A stretch of DNA of 64,000 nucleotides. Source: a virus. Where the stretch lies: the IMG/VR virus record IMGVR_UViG_3300045988_160259, positions 32,001 through 96,000 of that record; one strand, 5' to 3'. Both the position numbers and the translations under genes were made by a program. Of the stretch, positions 34,607-44,300 are shown piece by piece. Under the pieces are notes generated by a model, which did no database searches, was not told the DNA's origin, and saw nothing but the letters and a program-made list of their open reading frames with translations. Each line of letters starts with the position of its first letter. The stretch's first letter is position 1.

Positions 34607-36307
34607 ATGGGTAATTTGAAAAAATTCGTAGGAGATTATGCATATTCTTATATTAAAAACATTGCAGTAGATCAAGAGAAGCTTCACAAAGCATTAGTAA
34701 CGCCGCAGAATGCAAGGAATGTGTTTTCTGAATTAGACGAGTTCCAAATAAAGTCCATCTGTGCTGAAATAAGTGCAAATGATACATTTGGAACAATAAG
34801 GGAAACTACGCAGGAAGAAATCATTGAAGATTTTAAGAAGGCTGGATATGACACTGTAATTTTTGATGATGAAGAGAAAATAGCAGAATGCAAAAAGTAT
34901 TATGCAGCAAGAGAAGTAATTTGCACTTATAATAATCTTTCTGGTCGTATGAGTCAGTATCATATGTTGGTTGCAATTAAAAAGGATATTGACAAGATAC
35001 AGAGAAGTAAAACGCCACAAAGGGAAGATGAATATGGCGTATCTATTCTTAATATTCAGATAGCAAAAAACGGAAGCCATATGTCTATTAAGAATCGCTA
35101 TAATCACACCGTAAGCGAATGCGATAGTACACTTAATAATAATCTGGATTTGTTAGTTCCTGGATTACAGGCAAAGGTTCTTGGATATTATAACATAGCT
35201 TCTCTTAATAAGAATAAAACCTATTATAGAAACATTGCTAAAATAAACGGAGTTTATCTAAAATATGTCACAGAAGTTGAAAATGTGTATTTTGGCAACT
35301 TTGTTCTTGATAGTAAAAACGGAGTAAGATTTGCAGACAACGGAAGATATTATGTGAATACTGATCGTGATAATCTTTGTGTTCTTGATTTTCATGATAA
35401 AAAGGTAATCAAGCTTTTCGGTGAAAGAAATCAAATTAGTAAGGGATCTTTATTGACAAGAGCAATGAAAGAGAATTTGTTACATAGTGGTAACAAAGAG
35501 CATATAAACGAACTCAATATTGTTTTCTACAATGCTTTGAAAGAATTATTACGGTGTAGAAGAAAAGCATTGCAATTCATTGCTTGTTGTTATGGTTACG
35601 ATTTTCAAAAGCCATTCACAGTAACCGGTCTACTTGGAAAGTTTACAGCAAACAGTATTAAAAAGATAACAGGAAGTAATAGCGGAATATTATTAGTCTG
35701 CAAAGGAACGGAGGTTTGTTGTGTTGAATTAAATACAGGGAAATTTGAAGTAGAAGTACCAAGAGACAAATATAAATATTCAATTGATGATTATTATGCA
35801 AAATATAATTTTGAAGAAGATAGAAAAAGTGGAAAACTTGGAGTGTTTATCATTCAGCAAGATGCAAAATATAAAAGGGGAGTAGAAAGAACTTATAGTT
35901 CTTCTTATTATTATAGCAATAGCAGCTCAGATGAATTTGATAAAAGTGGTTATAATATCACAGAAGCAAGACAAGCGTTAAAATATCGTCTCAATAACTA
36001 TAAGGCAGATAAACGAAAAAGAGAAGTTGATTCAATTAGTTACGAAGCAGATCTGAAAGAGATTCAAGAAATGTTTCAGATATTAAAGAAAAAACTTGTT
36101 CTTAGATTAAGTGAAGCAAAAACCAGTGAAGATTATAAAAATATTCAAAGTGTATTTGGTTATAGTTTTACTTGGATGGTAAGAGATATGGAGGATTTTG
36201 AAACAAAAGTTATGCAAAATAATTTCAGCACTGTAAAAGAGGCAACTAATAGTATTACAGACTTGAAAGAGAAAATTAAAGAGAAAATAAAAATTATAAG
36301 GGAGTAA
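34607..36307 (+). CDS. hypothetical protein (566 aa, largest plus-arm orphan)
   Basis: ORF track frame; ATG 34607 chosen so it does not overlap the previous gene; no motif recognised. Confidence 0.8.
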   Translation: MGNLKKFVGDYAYSYIKNIAVDQEKLHKALVTPQNARNVFSELDEFQIKSICAEISANDTFGTIRETTQEEIIEDFKKAGYDTVIFDDEEKIAECKKYYAAREVICTYNNLSGRMSQYHMLVAIKKDIDKIQRSKTPQREDEYGVSILNIQIAKNGSHMSIKNRYNHTVSECDSTLNNNLDLLVPGLQAKVLGYYNIASLNKNKTYYRNIAKINGVYLKYVTEVENVYFGNFVLDSKNGVRFADNGRYYVNTDRDNLCVLDFHDKKVIKLFGERNQISKGSLLTRAMKENLLHSGNKEHINELNIVFYNALKELLRCRRKALQFIACCYGYDFQKPFTVTGLLGKFTANSIKKITGSNSGILLVCKGTEVCCVELNTGKFEVEVPRDKYKYSIDDYYAKYNFEEDRKSGKLGVFIIQQDAKYKRGVERTYSSSYYYSNSSSDEFDKSGYNITEARQALKYRLNNYKADKRKREVDSISYEADLKEIQEMFQILKKKLVLRLSEAKTSEDYKNIQSVFGYSFTWMVRDMEDFETKVMQNNFSTVKEATNSITDLKEKIKEKIKIIRE

Positions 36308-36312
36308 AAGTT

Positions 36313-36657
36313 ATGCAGATTATTGATAGAACAGTAATGGCAGATGGAACAAAAATACAGCTTGAAGATTGGCATAGTGAAAATTCAGAAAAATATCCAG
36401 ATTTACATGGATATACAATTGGTGCTTATCCGATAGCGAAAAATGCAAGTAGATTTGGTTGGATAAGAAAAGGTAAAAAGTTCAGACTTTCTATTGCCAG
36501 AAATGAATATGCAAATTACACAGATGATATGATACTTGCAGATTATGAAGCGTTGAAAAATGGAACTAAATCGTTTGCTGATTTGCGAGAACATTTTTGG
36601 AACAGAGAAAAGGATGCGTTTTACTTGGGTTTGACAGATAAAGAGTCAGAGTGGTAA
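36313..36657 (+). CDS. hypothetical protein
   Basis: ORF track; AGGGAG upstream. Confidence 0.7.
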   Translation: MQIIDRTVMADGTKIQLEDWHSENSEKYPDLHGYTIGAYPIAKNASRFGWIRKGKKFRLSIARNEYANYTDDMILADYEALKNGTKSFADLREHFWNREKDAFYLGLTDKESEW

Positions 36658-36671
36658 AGGAAAGTGATTAT

Positions 36672-36995
36672 ATGGCAAAACAAATATATTACTTGCATAG
36701 TTGTAATGAATGGAAAGAGTATTCCAGTATGAGGCTTTTATTCATTGGCACATCTCAACAGAAGTTAAAGATGAAAATCTCGAAAGAGATTGAAGAAGGC
36801 AATATGGAATATAAACCTGTTACTACAAGATACGATTATGTTGATGGAGAATTTAAGTTAGTTGACAAAGAAAATACTCCAAAAGAGCAAGCAAAACTAT
36901 TCAGACAGGATTGGAAAACAGAAACAAGAGATGCTATTAAGTCTAAATTAAAATATGGAGATTTTGATTATACATATAATAATGAAGAAATGTAA
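36672..36995 (+). CDS. hypothetical protein
   Basis: ORF track frame; ATG 36672 behind AAAGGAAAG. Confidence 0.65.
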   Translation: MAKQIYYLHSCNEWKEYSSMRLLFIGTSQQKLKMKISKEIEEGNMEYKPVTTRYDYVDGEFKLVDKENTPKEQAKLFRQDWKTETRDAIKSKLKYGDFDYTYNNEEM

Positions 36996-37030
36996 TCAAA
37001 GGAAATTGTAATTTAGAAAGGAAAATTATC

Positions 37031-37225
37031 ATGTGGGTATTTGAAGCAACGTATGAAAATATGGATTGCGATAGTTCTATCAAATCGGTAAAACGGAAAA
37101 TCGAATTTGATGGTGATAACTTTTTCAATACTGGAGATGAGTGCTACCGTTATGCGTTAGAACAAGCATTGAAAATGAAACAGAAAAATGAATGTTTGGG
37201 TTGCCTAGAATTTATAGCATGTTAG
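37031..37225 (+). CDS. hypothetical protein
   Basis: ORF track; AAAGGAAA upstream. Confidence 0.6.
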   Translation: MWVFEATYENMDCDSSIKSVKRKIEFDGDNFFNTGDECYRYALEQALKMKQKNECLGCLEFIAC

Positions 37226-37241
37226 AAGGGAGAGGTGAAAA

Positions 37242-37388
37242 ATGAAGAGAAATAAACCACGGTGGAAAAATCTTGATATGTGGGAACGGTTAGCAAGAAG
37301 ATGTAAGCAGAACGGAGCTTCTGAAGATACTGTCGAACATATCAGAGAGCATGGAAAACAGAGAGAAATCGAAAAAATTAATAAATGA
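37242..37388 (+). CDS. 48-aa basic protein
   Basis: ATG behind GGGAGAGGTGA; below the ORF-track size cut-off. Confidence 0.5.
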   Translation: MKRNKPRWKNLDMWERLARRCKQNGASEDTVEHIREHGKQREIEKINK

Positions 37389-37471
37389 AATATTAGTTTC
37401 ATGAGCAGAGAATAATAAGGCAGATGCAGAAATGTATCTGCCTTAACTACTAAAAAGGAGAGATATAAAAA

Positions 37472-38152
37472 ATGGGAATTATGTATAACGAAAATGTAGA
37501 AGAAAATAAATTATATAAAGCATATGGAATTACAGTTTATGGAAAAGTAAATAAATATTCGTGGTCGATTTATCCAGACAAAGCAGATGAAGATTGTATC
37601 ATCTTCTTACGGCTTGAGAAAAATGGAGAAGAGTTTTTCAGAATTCATCTCGGTAACAATTGTATCATGAAAGAGAACTTTGATCGGACAATTGACAATT
37701 TCCTTTGGCATGTAAATAAAGAAAATCCAGATCGGTTTGATCTTGAAAACGGAATTTTCAACACTTTATGTCAAGCAAATTCTTTATTTAATCATATGAT
37801 TGAGCAGCATAAGAGAAGAGAGCAGAAAGAGGTGGATGATAAACATAAAAGAGAAGAACGCGAAAAGGAAATTAAAAATATGATCAAATACATTTCTGCT
37901 GAATGCGAAAATAAAGATTGGCTGTTTTATACAAGACATTATGGTTCCTATGGTGAATGTATTGTTTTTGCGCCTAAGAATGACAAGGCAAGAGAAGCGA
38001 TTCTTAACGCTCTTGAATCTGATAACAATGAAAAGTTGAAATTTTATGTGGAGTTTAGCGACAATTATCCAGATAATAAAGATCTTGACGTAAAAGCGAA
38101 CGGACAAATTGATGAAGTTTATCAGATGTTTAAAGAAGGGAAGGTAAAATAA
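37472..38152 (+). CDS. hypothetical protein
   Basis: ORF track; AAAGGAGAG upstream. Confidence 0.75.
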   Translation: MGIMYNENVEENKLYKAYGITVYGKVNKYSWSIYPDKADEDCIIFLRLEKNGEEFFRIHLGNNCIMKENFDRTIDNFLWHVNKENPDRFDLENGIFNTLCQANSLFNHMIEQHKRREQKEVDDKHKREEREKEIKNMIKYISAECENKDWLFYTRHYGSYGECIVFAPKNDKAREAILNALESDNNEKLKFYVEFSDNYPDNKDLDVKANGQIDEVYQMFKEGKVK

Positions 38153-38153
38153 T

Positions 38154-39332
38154 ATGATGAAATTTACAATGAATGCGAAAGAACTGAAAACCATGATGGA
38201 CAAGGCAGTGACAGTAGTAAACAAAAAAGTGCCAGTCCCGAGTCTTAAAAGATTATACTTTTCGGTTGACAACAAGGGAGTTTTAAAAATTCTTAGTACA
38301 GACATTGAGCATTATATTGAAGTAAGAACACAAGATGCGTATCATACGGAACCAGGTATGTTCGGAATCGACATTGAAGATATTAAAATTATTTCAAAAA
38401 TGTCAGGAGAAATTACCATGGAAGATATTACAACCGGTGAAGAAGAGAAAATCAATATCAAGTGTGGAAAGAAAAATGTTTCTATTCCACGATTTGAAAA
38501 CACAGATGTATTTCTTCCGGTATTAGACAATGCAGAAAATATTTTGGATGTAAAAGAGAACTGGTTATCTGAAACGATTTCTAACTTGTCTGTATTCGTG
38601 TCAAATAGAGAAGAAGTCAATCAGATGATGAGTGTATTTAATTTCAACACAAAGGAAAAACGTGTAGAAGCATTATGGAAATATATGATCGGAATGCGGC
38701 AGTTGGAAGATAATACGATCCTTAAAGAAACAGAAAATCCGTTTGAAACAGTAAAACTGCATTGCAGATGCGTTCCAGTATTCAAAAAATTATTAGACAA
38801 AAAATCAGAAATGGAGGTTATCATCTCTCAAAACGATAAGTATGTAAAAGTAGAAAGTGAAAACTTTACATATATTACAAAAAGAATTGATGGTGAATAC
38901 TTCAAAGTAAATCAGATGTTGTCGGATGAATGGGATTATAAATTTACTGCAAATGCAAAAGAGCTATTAGAGGCAATGAAGTACGACGCAGACCTTTTGA
39001 AAGAATCGAAATTGCCAGTTATGTTTCATGCAGAAAATGGAAATTTATATTCATATGCAAGCACAATGAGATATGAAGCCTTTGATGAAATTGAAGTTAA
39101 AGAAAAACCTATAAAAGATTTTTATATTGGTTTTAATCCGAGTTTTCTTGTGGATGTAATGAGTATTGTAGACTCTGAATATCCAGTTTTTTATGGTACA
39201 AAAGAAGTTTGCCCATGGATTATTAAAGGAGACACATATAGTTTCTTGATTTTACCAGTCAGTATTAAAGATGAAAAACTTAAAGCAGAAGAGAAAATTG
39301 CAAAATACATTGAAATAAACAAAACAGCATAA
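38154..39332 (+). CDS. dnaN: DNA polymerase III beta-type sliding clamp
   Basis: ORF track; MKFTMNAKELKTMMDKAVTVV..VPSLKRLYFSVDNKGVLKILSTDIEHYIEV and C-terminal YSFLILPV follow the DnaN pattern; three-domain length. Confidence 0.8.
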   Translation: MMKFTMNAKELKTMMDKAVTVVNKKVPVPSLKRLYFSVDNKGVLKILSTDIEHYIEVRTQDAYHTEPGMFGIDIEDIKIISKMSGEITMEDITTGEEEKINIKCGKKNVSIPRFENTDVFLPVLDNAENILDVKENWLSETISNLSVFVSNREEVNQMMSVFNFNTKEKRVEALWKYMIGMRQLEDNTILKETENPFETVKLHCRCVPVFKKLLDKKSEMEVIISQNDKYVKVESENFTYITKRIDGEYFKVNQMLSDEWDYKFTANAKELLEAMKYDADLLKESKLPVMFHAENGNLYSYASTMRYEAFDEIEVKEKPIKDFYIGFNPSFLVDVMSIVDSEYPVFYGTKEVCPWIIKGDTYSFLILPVSIKDEKLKAEEKIAKYIEINKTA

Positions 39333-39345
39333 TGGAGGAATAATT

Positions 39346-39573
39346 ATGATTTGTATGTTAATTAAACAAGTAGGGGCAGGATATGAAGTTGATGGTCAGT
39401 TTATGGGATATGGAAACAGGAACATTATAGAAGCATTTGCGATGGAAGGAATTGACCTTAAAAAAGAAATGAACGATATGAAAATCGGAGAAGTGAAAGT
39501 TTGGAATATTGGCTGGTATCCAAATGATCGGATTCATAGAAGATATTTACCAGGAGAATTAGCAACCTGTTAA
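39346..39573 (+). CDS. hypothetical protein
   Basis: ORF track; GGAGGA upstream. Confidence 0.65.
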   Translation: MICMLIKQVGAGYEVDGQFMGYGNRNIIEAFAMEGIDLKKEMNDMKIGEVKVWNIGWYPNDRIHRRYLPGELATC

Positions 39574-39630
39574 AAGAACGATTTCAAGAACGGAAGATGG
39601 AGAAATATATAAATAGAAAGGAATAAAAAT

Positions 39631-39825
39631 ATGGAAGAAAAGGATATGAGAATTTGTCCAGTGTGCGGAAAAGAAGTAGAAAGAAATGATATGAATTTCA
39701 CAAGAGACTGTCATGGGATTACTTTTAGATTGGTGTGCTATAGTTGTTGGGAGAAATTAATGGAAAAAGGATATGATGGTCAATATTATAGTGAAGCAGA
39801 CGAATGTATTGATGAAGACTATTAG
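39631..39825 (+). CDS. zinc-ribbon protein
   Basis: ORF track; CPVCGK ... CYSCW. Confidence 0.65.
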   Translation: MEEKDMRICPVCGKEVERNDMNFTRDCHGITFRLVCYSCWEKLMEKGYDGQYYSEADECIDEDY

Positions 39826-39837
39826 AAGGTGAAAAAT

Positions 39838-40170
39838 ATGATTAGTACATTGGAAAGAGAAAATAGCATTGATGGAATGTTGTTTGGAAAAATGAAAGAA
39901 CTTTCAGATTGGTATGGTCTTACAGGTGTAGGATTTATATGGCATGGAGAATGGAACGATCCTGAAATTGAGTATAAAGGAAAGCAAATCAATGCAACAA
40001 TTGTTGAAGACACAATGTGGGAACGTTGGATTCGTGATGATGACGGAAGATTAATTAACGGAAGAGAAAGCGATGATGGCGGATTTAAAAAGTTCATGTT
40101 AGATAACAAGGATGAAGTTTATGAGTTGATTGAGTTAGCAATGGAAAGCGAGGAACAAATCAGAAATTGA
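39838..40170 (+). CDS. hypothetical protein
   Basis: ORF track frame; ATG 39838 behind GAAGGTGA. Confidence 0.65.
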   Translation: MISTLERENSIDGMLFGKMKELSDWYGLTGVGFIWHGEWNDPEIEYKGKQINATIVEDTMWERWIRDDDGRLINGRESDDGGFKKFMLDNKDEVYELIELAMESEEQIRN

Positions 40171-40214
40171 TAGTGGTCTTGGATTATGTCCGAATTTAAA
40201 AAGAGAATAACAAA

Positions 40215-40247
40215 GGGACAAGAGAAATCTTGTTCCTTATTTTTTAT
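40215..40247 (+). terminator. rho-independent terminator
   Basis: GGGACAAG / CTTGTTCC hairpin followed by TTATTTTTT. Confidence 0.7.
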
Positions 40248-40261
40248 GAAAAGGAGAACTT

Positions 40262-40468
40262 ATGATGTTACGGTATGGAGAAAAATTAGATTTAGACAAA
40301 AATCTTTGGGACGCAATCGTCACATATATGAATGATGATATTCGAGAAGATGTGCATTTTGATCTTGCGCCATGTAGTGAAGAAGAATTCCTCGCTGCAT
40401 ACGCGAAGAGAGATCCGGAATTTGAAAAACTGCTGCATGAAGAGTTTGGAATAGAAATGGAGGAGTAA
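40262..40468 (+). CDS. hypothetical acidic protein
   Basis: ORF track; AAAGGAGA upstream. Confidence 0.65.
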   Translation: MMLRYGEKLDLDKNLWDAIVTYMNDDIREDVHFDLAPCSEEEFLAAYAKRDPEFEKLLHEEFGIEMEE

Positions 40469-40469
40469 G

Positions 40470-40826
40470 ATGAGAGCATACAAGCTTTTAAGAAAATTAT
40501 CAGACGGAAATCTGTATCCACTCTTTATACATAAAACGTATTCTACGCCAATCAATGAATGGATGCAGGCTGAGTGTTATCCTACAAAGGGATTTGCGGT
40601 TAGATGCGGTTGGCATTGTTGCTTTAGACCATTTGCTCCTCATTTATCAATGAAGCTTGCAAACGGAGAGCAGCGTGTATGGGTCGAATGTGAAGTAGAA
40701 GATTGGGCAAGCTATAACAGACCAGAAAGCCAGGGCGGAAGTTGGATTCTTGCACAGAAAATGAAGATAATCAGAGAGCTTACAGTGGAAGAAGTCGGTA
40801 ACATTTTGCTAGATAAGACGGCATAA
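40470..40826 (+). CDS. hypothetical protein
   Basis: ORF track; GGAGGAG upstream. Confidence 0.7.
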   Translation: MRAYKLLRKLSDGNLYPLFIHKTYSTPINEWMQAECYPTKGFAVRCGWHCCFRPFAPHLSMKLANGEQRVWVECEVEDWASYNRPESQGGSWILAQKMKIIRELTVEEVGNILLDKTA

Positions 40827-40896
40827 TTATTTAAAATAATATAATGGACGTATAATGTAAAGAAATGCGTGTTTCATTGGAAAGGAAAGGTAAGAT

Positions 40897-41472
40897 ATGA
40901 GTAGAAAGTATGATATTAGAATTTGTAAATGTGGACGGATTCATGCTATCCCAAATGAGAGGATTGAAAAGGCATTAGATGCTGATAAAAACTTCCTTCT
41001 TATTTGTGCAGCATGTGGAAATGCAACTCTGATTGGTGCAGATATTTCGCCTGATTGGGACGATCCATCAAAAGATTGTTATGAAATGTATTCGGCAGAT
41101 TTTTCTTCATACGAAGATAAAGTAATCAATACAGATACATTTAAGGAAAATGAGAAAGAAAAGGCAGTAGAAGAAATTTTTTACAGTCACGGGATCAAAG
41201 TTCCTATGAAAACAGGTCAGTATGCAACAGACTACTTTAACGGCAGATTTTCTGATAGATGGTATCCTGATTTTTATAAAATTCAGAGAACGGATATTAC
41301 AGTAAAGGAAATCATGGACTTTATTGATGAATATATACACGACAGAACTACAGTAAATATGAATAGATTTATCAATGAAACACCCGACGATGTACTTGAC
41401 GAGTTATCCAATTATCTGATTGATGGGTTAGATTGGAAGGGAACTAAATTTGAAAAAGAGTGGCACAAGTAA
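40897..41472 (+). CDS. hypothetical protein with N-terminal zinc-ribbon
   Basis: ORF track; CKCGR ... CAACGN. Confidence 0.7.
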   Translation: MSRKYDIRICKCGRIHAIPNERIEKALDADKNFLLICAACGNATLIGADISPDWDDPSKDCYEMYSADFSSYEDKVINTDTFKENEKEKAVEEIFYSHGIKVPMKTGQYATDYFNGRFSDRWYPDFYKIQRTDITVKEIMDFIDEYIHDRTTVNMNRFINETPDDVLDELSNYLIDGLDWKGTKFEKEWHK

Positions 41473-41511
41473 GAAATTCGCATTTCTTTAGAAGATTAGA
41501 GGAGACGATAT

Positions 41512-41796
41512 ATGTTAGGATATAAAATCTATTTCAATGGAAACGAATTTGTAGCAGATAATACTGCAATGGAAGTTCAGAATATGCCATTTGATTCAAC
41601 TACGATGTGGTTTGCGAACAAGAAATCCGCAAATGATGCCGTAGAAAAGTATAATGCAAATGATTTAAAAGATGTCAAAAAATGTAAGGAATGCGGAGAA
41701 TATTTTTGGCAAACAGATGAAGAAAGAATATGGTTTACTGATAGGAATATGAAAGCTCCTTGCAGATGTTATTCTTGCAGAAAAAAGAAACACTGA
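41512..41796 (+). CDS. protein with C-terminal zinc-ribbon (zf-trcl-like)
   Basis: ORF track; CKECGEYFWQTDEERIWFTDRNMKAPCRCYSCRKKK. Confidence 0.65.
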   Translation: MLGYKIYFNGNEFVADNTAMEVQNMPFDSTTMWFANKKSANDAVEKYNANDLKDVKKCKECGEYFWQTDEERIWFTDRNMKAPCRCYSCRKKKH

Positions 41797-41827
41797 AATC
41801 GAATTTCAAAGGAAAGGAAAGAAAACG

Positions 41828-41995
41828 ATGGACGAATATATTAAAGAAATTGAACAAATTGCAGCTAAATATACAGAAAGTCAGTCTGATGGATATTCAC
41901 AAATTATGAGAATTTGTGATGCAATGAAAGAAGAACAGAGATATTGTTTAGGGTATATTTCTAAAGAGGGAATTGAATCTCCGCAAATTGATTAA
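41828..41995 (+). CDS. 55-aa hypothetical protein
   Basis: ATG behind GGAAAGGAAAG; below the ORF-track cut-off. Confidence 0.5.
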   Translation: MDEYIKEIEQIAAKYTESQSDGYSQIMRICDAMKEEQRYCLGYISKEGIESPQID

Positions 41996-42037
41996 CAATG
42001 AAACTAAGATTTCTTAGTATGATTGGAGGTAAATAAG

Positions 42038-42322
42038 ATGTTTAAAGTTGGCGATTTAGTATATGTATCTAATCCAGATACAGAATACGAAAAGGAATAT
42101 GGAGAGAGAACACATAGAAGCTTCTTTGGTACAGTAACAGATGTTACAGAATATACAGATGAAATTTGTGTAGAAGTGAAATTCCCTGCAACACCAAACG
42201 GATGTGCAATGGAATGGAGTTATGATGCAAATGAATTGTCACTTGCAAAGGAACTTAAAGATATGACTATTGAGGAGTTGAGCAATAAATTCAACCTTCA
42301 GATTTTTGCAGAGTATCTGTAA
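42038..42322 (+). CDS. hypothetical protein
   Basis: ORF track frame; ATG 42038 behind GGAGGT. Confidence 0.7.
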   Translation: MFKVGDLVYVSNPDTEYEKEYGERTHRSFFGTVTDVTEYTDEICVEVKFPATPNGCAMEWSYDANELSLAKELKDMTIEELSNKFNLQIFAEYL

Positions 42323-42357
42323 TGTTTAGCAACTAAACAAAATAATGCAACCGTAAA

Positions 42358-42398
42358 GGCAGTTAGGAGAATAAATACCTAGCTGCCTATTTTATTAC
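42358..42398 (+). terminator. rho-independent terminator
   Basis: GGCAGTTAGG / CCTAGCTGCC hairpin followed by TATTTTATT. Confidence 0.7.
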
Positions 42399-42416
42399 AG
42401 AGAAGGGAGAATAATT

Positions 42417-42614
42417 ATGAGAGACTTACGGCCAGGAGATAGAATTCATTGTCAGGGCATTATTTGTACAATTAAAGAGATTGCATGGCAGGAGCCGTGG
42501 GAATGGAGAGAGGCATATTACTTAGAGTTTCGTGATACAAACGGAGTTTATAGGTCGTGGAAACAGAATTACGATGGCGGATTTGCGGAGTTGATGGAGA
42601 TAGAAGCAGAATGA
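42417..42614 (+). CDS. hypothetical protein
   Basis: ORF track; AGGGAGA upstream. Confidence 0.65.
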   Translation: MRDLRPGDRIHCQGIICTIKEIAWQEPWEWREAYYLEFRDTNGVYRSWKQNYDGGFAELMEIEAE

Positions 42615-42637
42615 TTGTGTGAGAGAAGGAAAATAAT

Positions 42638-42982
42638 ATGAGATATCTAACATTTTATTCAGAATATCCGATTTATGAACCAGCAGAAGGTGGTTATTAT
42701 TATGCTGGAAATGAGGTTACTAAGTCAAATCGAATGTCTAAGCGGAAATGTAGAGCTGAATTTGAAAAGATCTGGAAGGAATGCTTGAAAGAAAACAGAG
42801 AAAATGGATTTAAAGATGATCTATCAAATTATAAAGAGATCACGCAATTTTATATTTATCCATGGATTCGTTTAGGAGATACAGAAATTTGCAGAGAAGG
42901 ATATTTAATAGGTGAAGGTGAAAGTATTGTAATTGAACGGAAACTTGGAAGTCAAAGAAAAGGATGGGAGCTTTATTGTTAA
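42638..42982 (+). CDS. hypothetical protein
   Basis: ORF track; GAGAAGGAAA upstream. Confidence 0.7.
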   Translation: MRYLTFYSEYPIYEPAEGGYYYAGNEVTKSNRMSKRKCRAEFEKIWKECLKENRENGFKDDLSNYKEITQFYIYPWIRLGDTEICREGYLIGEGESIVIERKLGSQRKGWELYC

Positions 42983-43011
42983 AAAATAGCAATTTCAAAG
43001 GGATGTAATAC

Positions 43012-43215
43012 ATGAAAAAATATTATTCGATAGAAGAAGCAGTCAACAATGTTTCTGAAAAATTTAAGCTTGGCTTAAAAGATGCAAACGAAATGGATGA
43101 TAAGGAATTCGATAATGCGAGTGAATACATATTAAAATATGTGAGGTTCGTAAGCCATCCGGATTATATTCAGTTTGTACCGCAATCACTCGAGACTGGT
43201 GAATACATTTTATGA
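43012..43215 (+). CDS. hypothetical protein
   Basis: ORF track; weak SD AAGGGA. Confidence 0.6.
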   Translation: MKKYYSIEEAVNNVSEKFKLGLKDANEMDDKEFDNASEYILKYVRFVSHPDYIQFVPQSLETGEYIL

Positions 43216-43250
43216 CGTAGAACGGAGAATAACATAACGAGATAGATAAA

Positions 43251-43278
43251 AGCAGAGAACGCCATCTCTGCTTTTTCT
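43251..43278 (+). terminator. rho-independent terminator
   Basis: AGCAGAG / CTCTGCT hairpin followed by TTTTTCT. Confidence 0.7.
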
Positions 43279-43306
43279 ATAAATACATACAAGGAGGTGT
43301 GTAGCT

Positions 43307-43399
43307 ATGCCGTACATGAAATACGGAAACTGGTATATCCCAGGATGCAGCATTGCTTTTCCAACTGAACAAGAAGCCTGGGAATATATCAATGAATAA
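43307..43399 (+). CDS. 30-aa peptide
   Basis: ATG behind AAGGAGGTG; MPYMKYGNWYIPGCSIAFPTEQEAWEYINE. Confidence 0.45.
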   Translation: MPYMKYGNWYIPGCSIAFPTEQEAWEYINE

Positions 43400-43477
43400 C
43401 AAATGGGGCAATGGAAATTCCATGTAAGTCCCCAACTCCTTGAGTAATTATTATAACAGAAAGTGAGAGCGATGTAA

Positions 43478-43717
43478 ATGAATAAAACAGAATGTGAAAA
43501 TTGTAAAAGAGTTATGGAAGAAGGAATTCGAAATGCAAATCAGGCGATGAAAGAATTTACAGAAGCAAATGAAACCGATAGCAGAGTGCATTTTGAAATT
43601 TTACGGATGAAAGCTGAAAATCACAGAGGATATGCAGAAGGTATTCTTCAGGCACTTGTATGTATTGGTTTTAAGCATGATCGGATGAGAGAATTAGAAG
43701 ATTTGCTCGGAATTTAG
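43478..43717 (+). CDS. hypothetical protein
   Basis: ORF track. Confidence 0.6.
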   Translation: MNKTECENCKRVMEEGIRNANQAMKEFTEANETDSRVHFEILRMKAENHRGYAEGILQALVCIGFKHDRMRELEDLLGI

Positions 43718-43728
43718 GAGGAACGGAA

Positions 43729-43881
43729 ATGGAACATTGGGAAAATGACCATGAAGACAAAATCTTATCATATCAGGAAAGTAAAACAGATGAATGTGAC
43801 AGCTGTGAGTATAAGCAGAATTGTAGAAGTCAATGTATGGAAATTGCTGCAACATACAATTCTAATTTAAAAGCGAGGTAA
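43729..43881 (+). CDS. 50-aa Cys-rich protein
   Basis: ATG behind AGGAGGA; below the ORF-track cut-off. Confidence 0.5.
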   Translation: MEHWENDHEDKILSYQESKTDECDSCEYKQNCRSQCMEIAATYNSNLKAR

Positions 43882-43971
43882 CTGAACGTGGCAAGATTTG
43901 ATATGGTAGAACCCATAAATTAATATTAGATGAAACAAGATTTTCATTTGAAGATCGGAGGGAAAAACATT

Positions 43972-44289
43972 ATGAGGAAATATGAAGTTATTGAGGATAA
44001 TGGCGGTGGATTAACTTTAGTTGTTTTTAATAAAAATGGTAAAGTCGATTATTTACATAGCGGATATGAATATGGGAAACATGGAAGGTTAATATGTGAT
44101 TTAGAAGCATTAAAAAATGGAGATAATCCAGTTACGGATTGGGATGGTAATGAAGATAATCCACAAGCAGTATATGATAACATAGTATCTTTTGAATATG
44201 GATGGGAAATTGTGGCTGACAATGATGGCATGTACCCTGATAAAATGGGATGTGCTGCTTGTTTTGAATTTGGAATAAAAAAGGAATAG
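43972..44289 (+). CDS. hypothetical protein
   Basis: ORF track frame; ATG 43972 behind GGAGGG. Confidence 0.65.
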   Translation: MRKYEVIEDNGGGLTLVVFNKNGKVDYLHSGYEYGKHGRLICDLEALKNGDNPVTDWDGNEDNPQAVYDNIVSFEYGWEIVADNDGMYPDKMGCAACFEFGIKKE

Positions 44290-44300
44290 AGGTGTTGTAT

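Noticed and set aside
37784-38305. 173-aa minus-strand ORF and other antisense ORFs in the plus-strand arm (for example 30246..30497, 30512..30748, 34117..34494, 44049..44382)
   Set aside because: They are antisense to well-supported genes. They are Ile/Phe/Leu/Ser-rich, as expected for the reverse complement of AT-rich coding DNA, and they have no SD.
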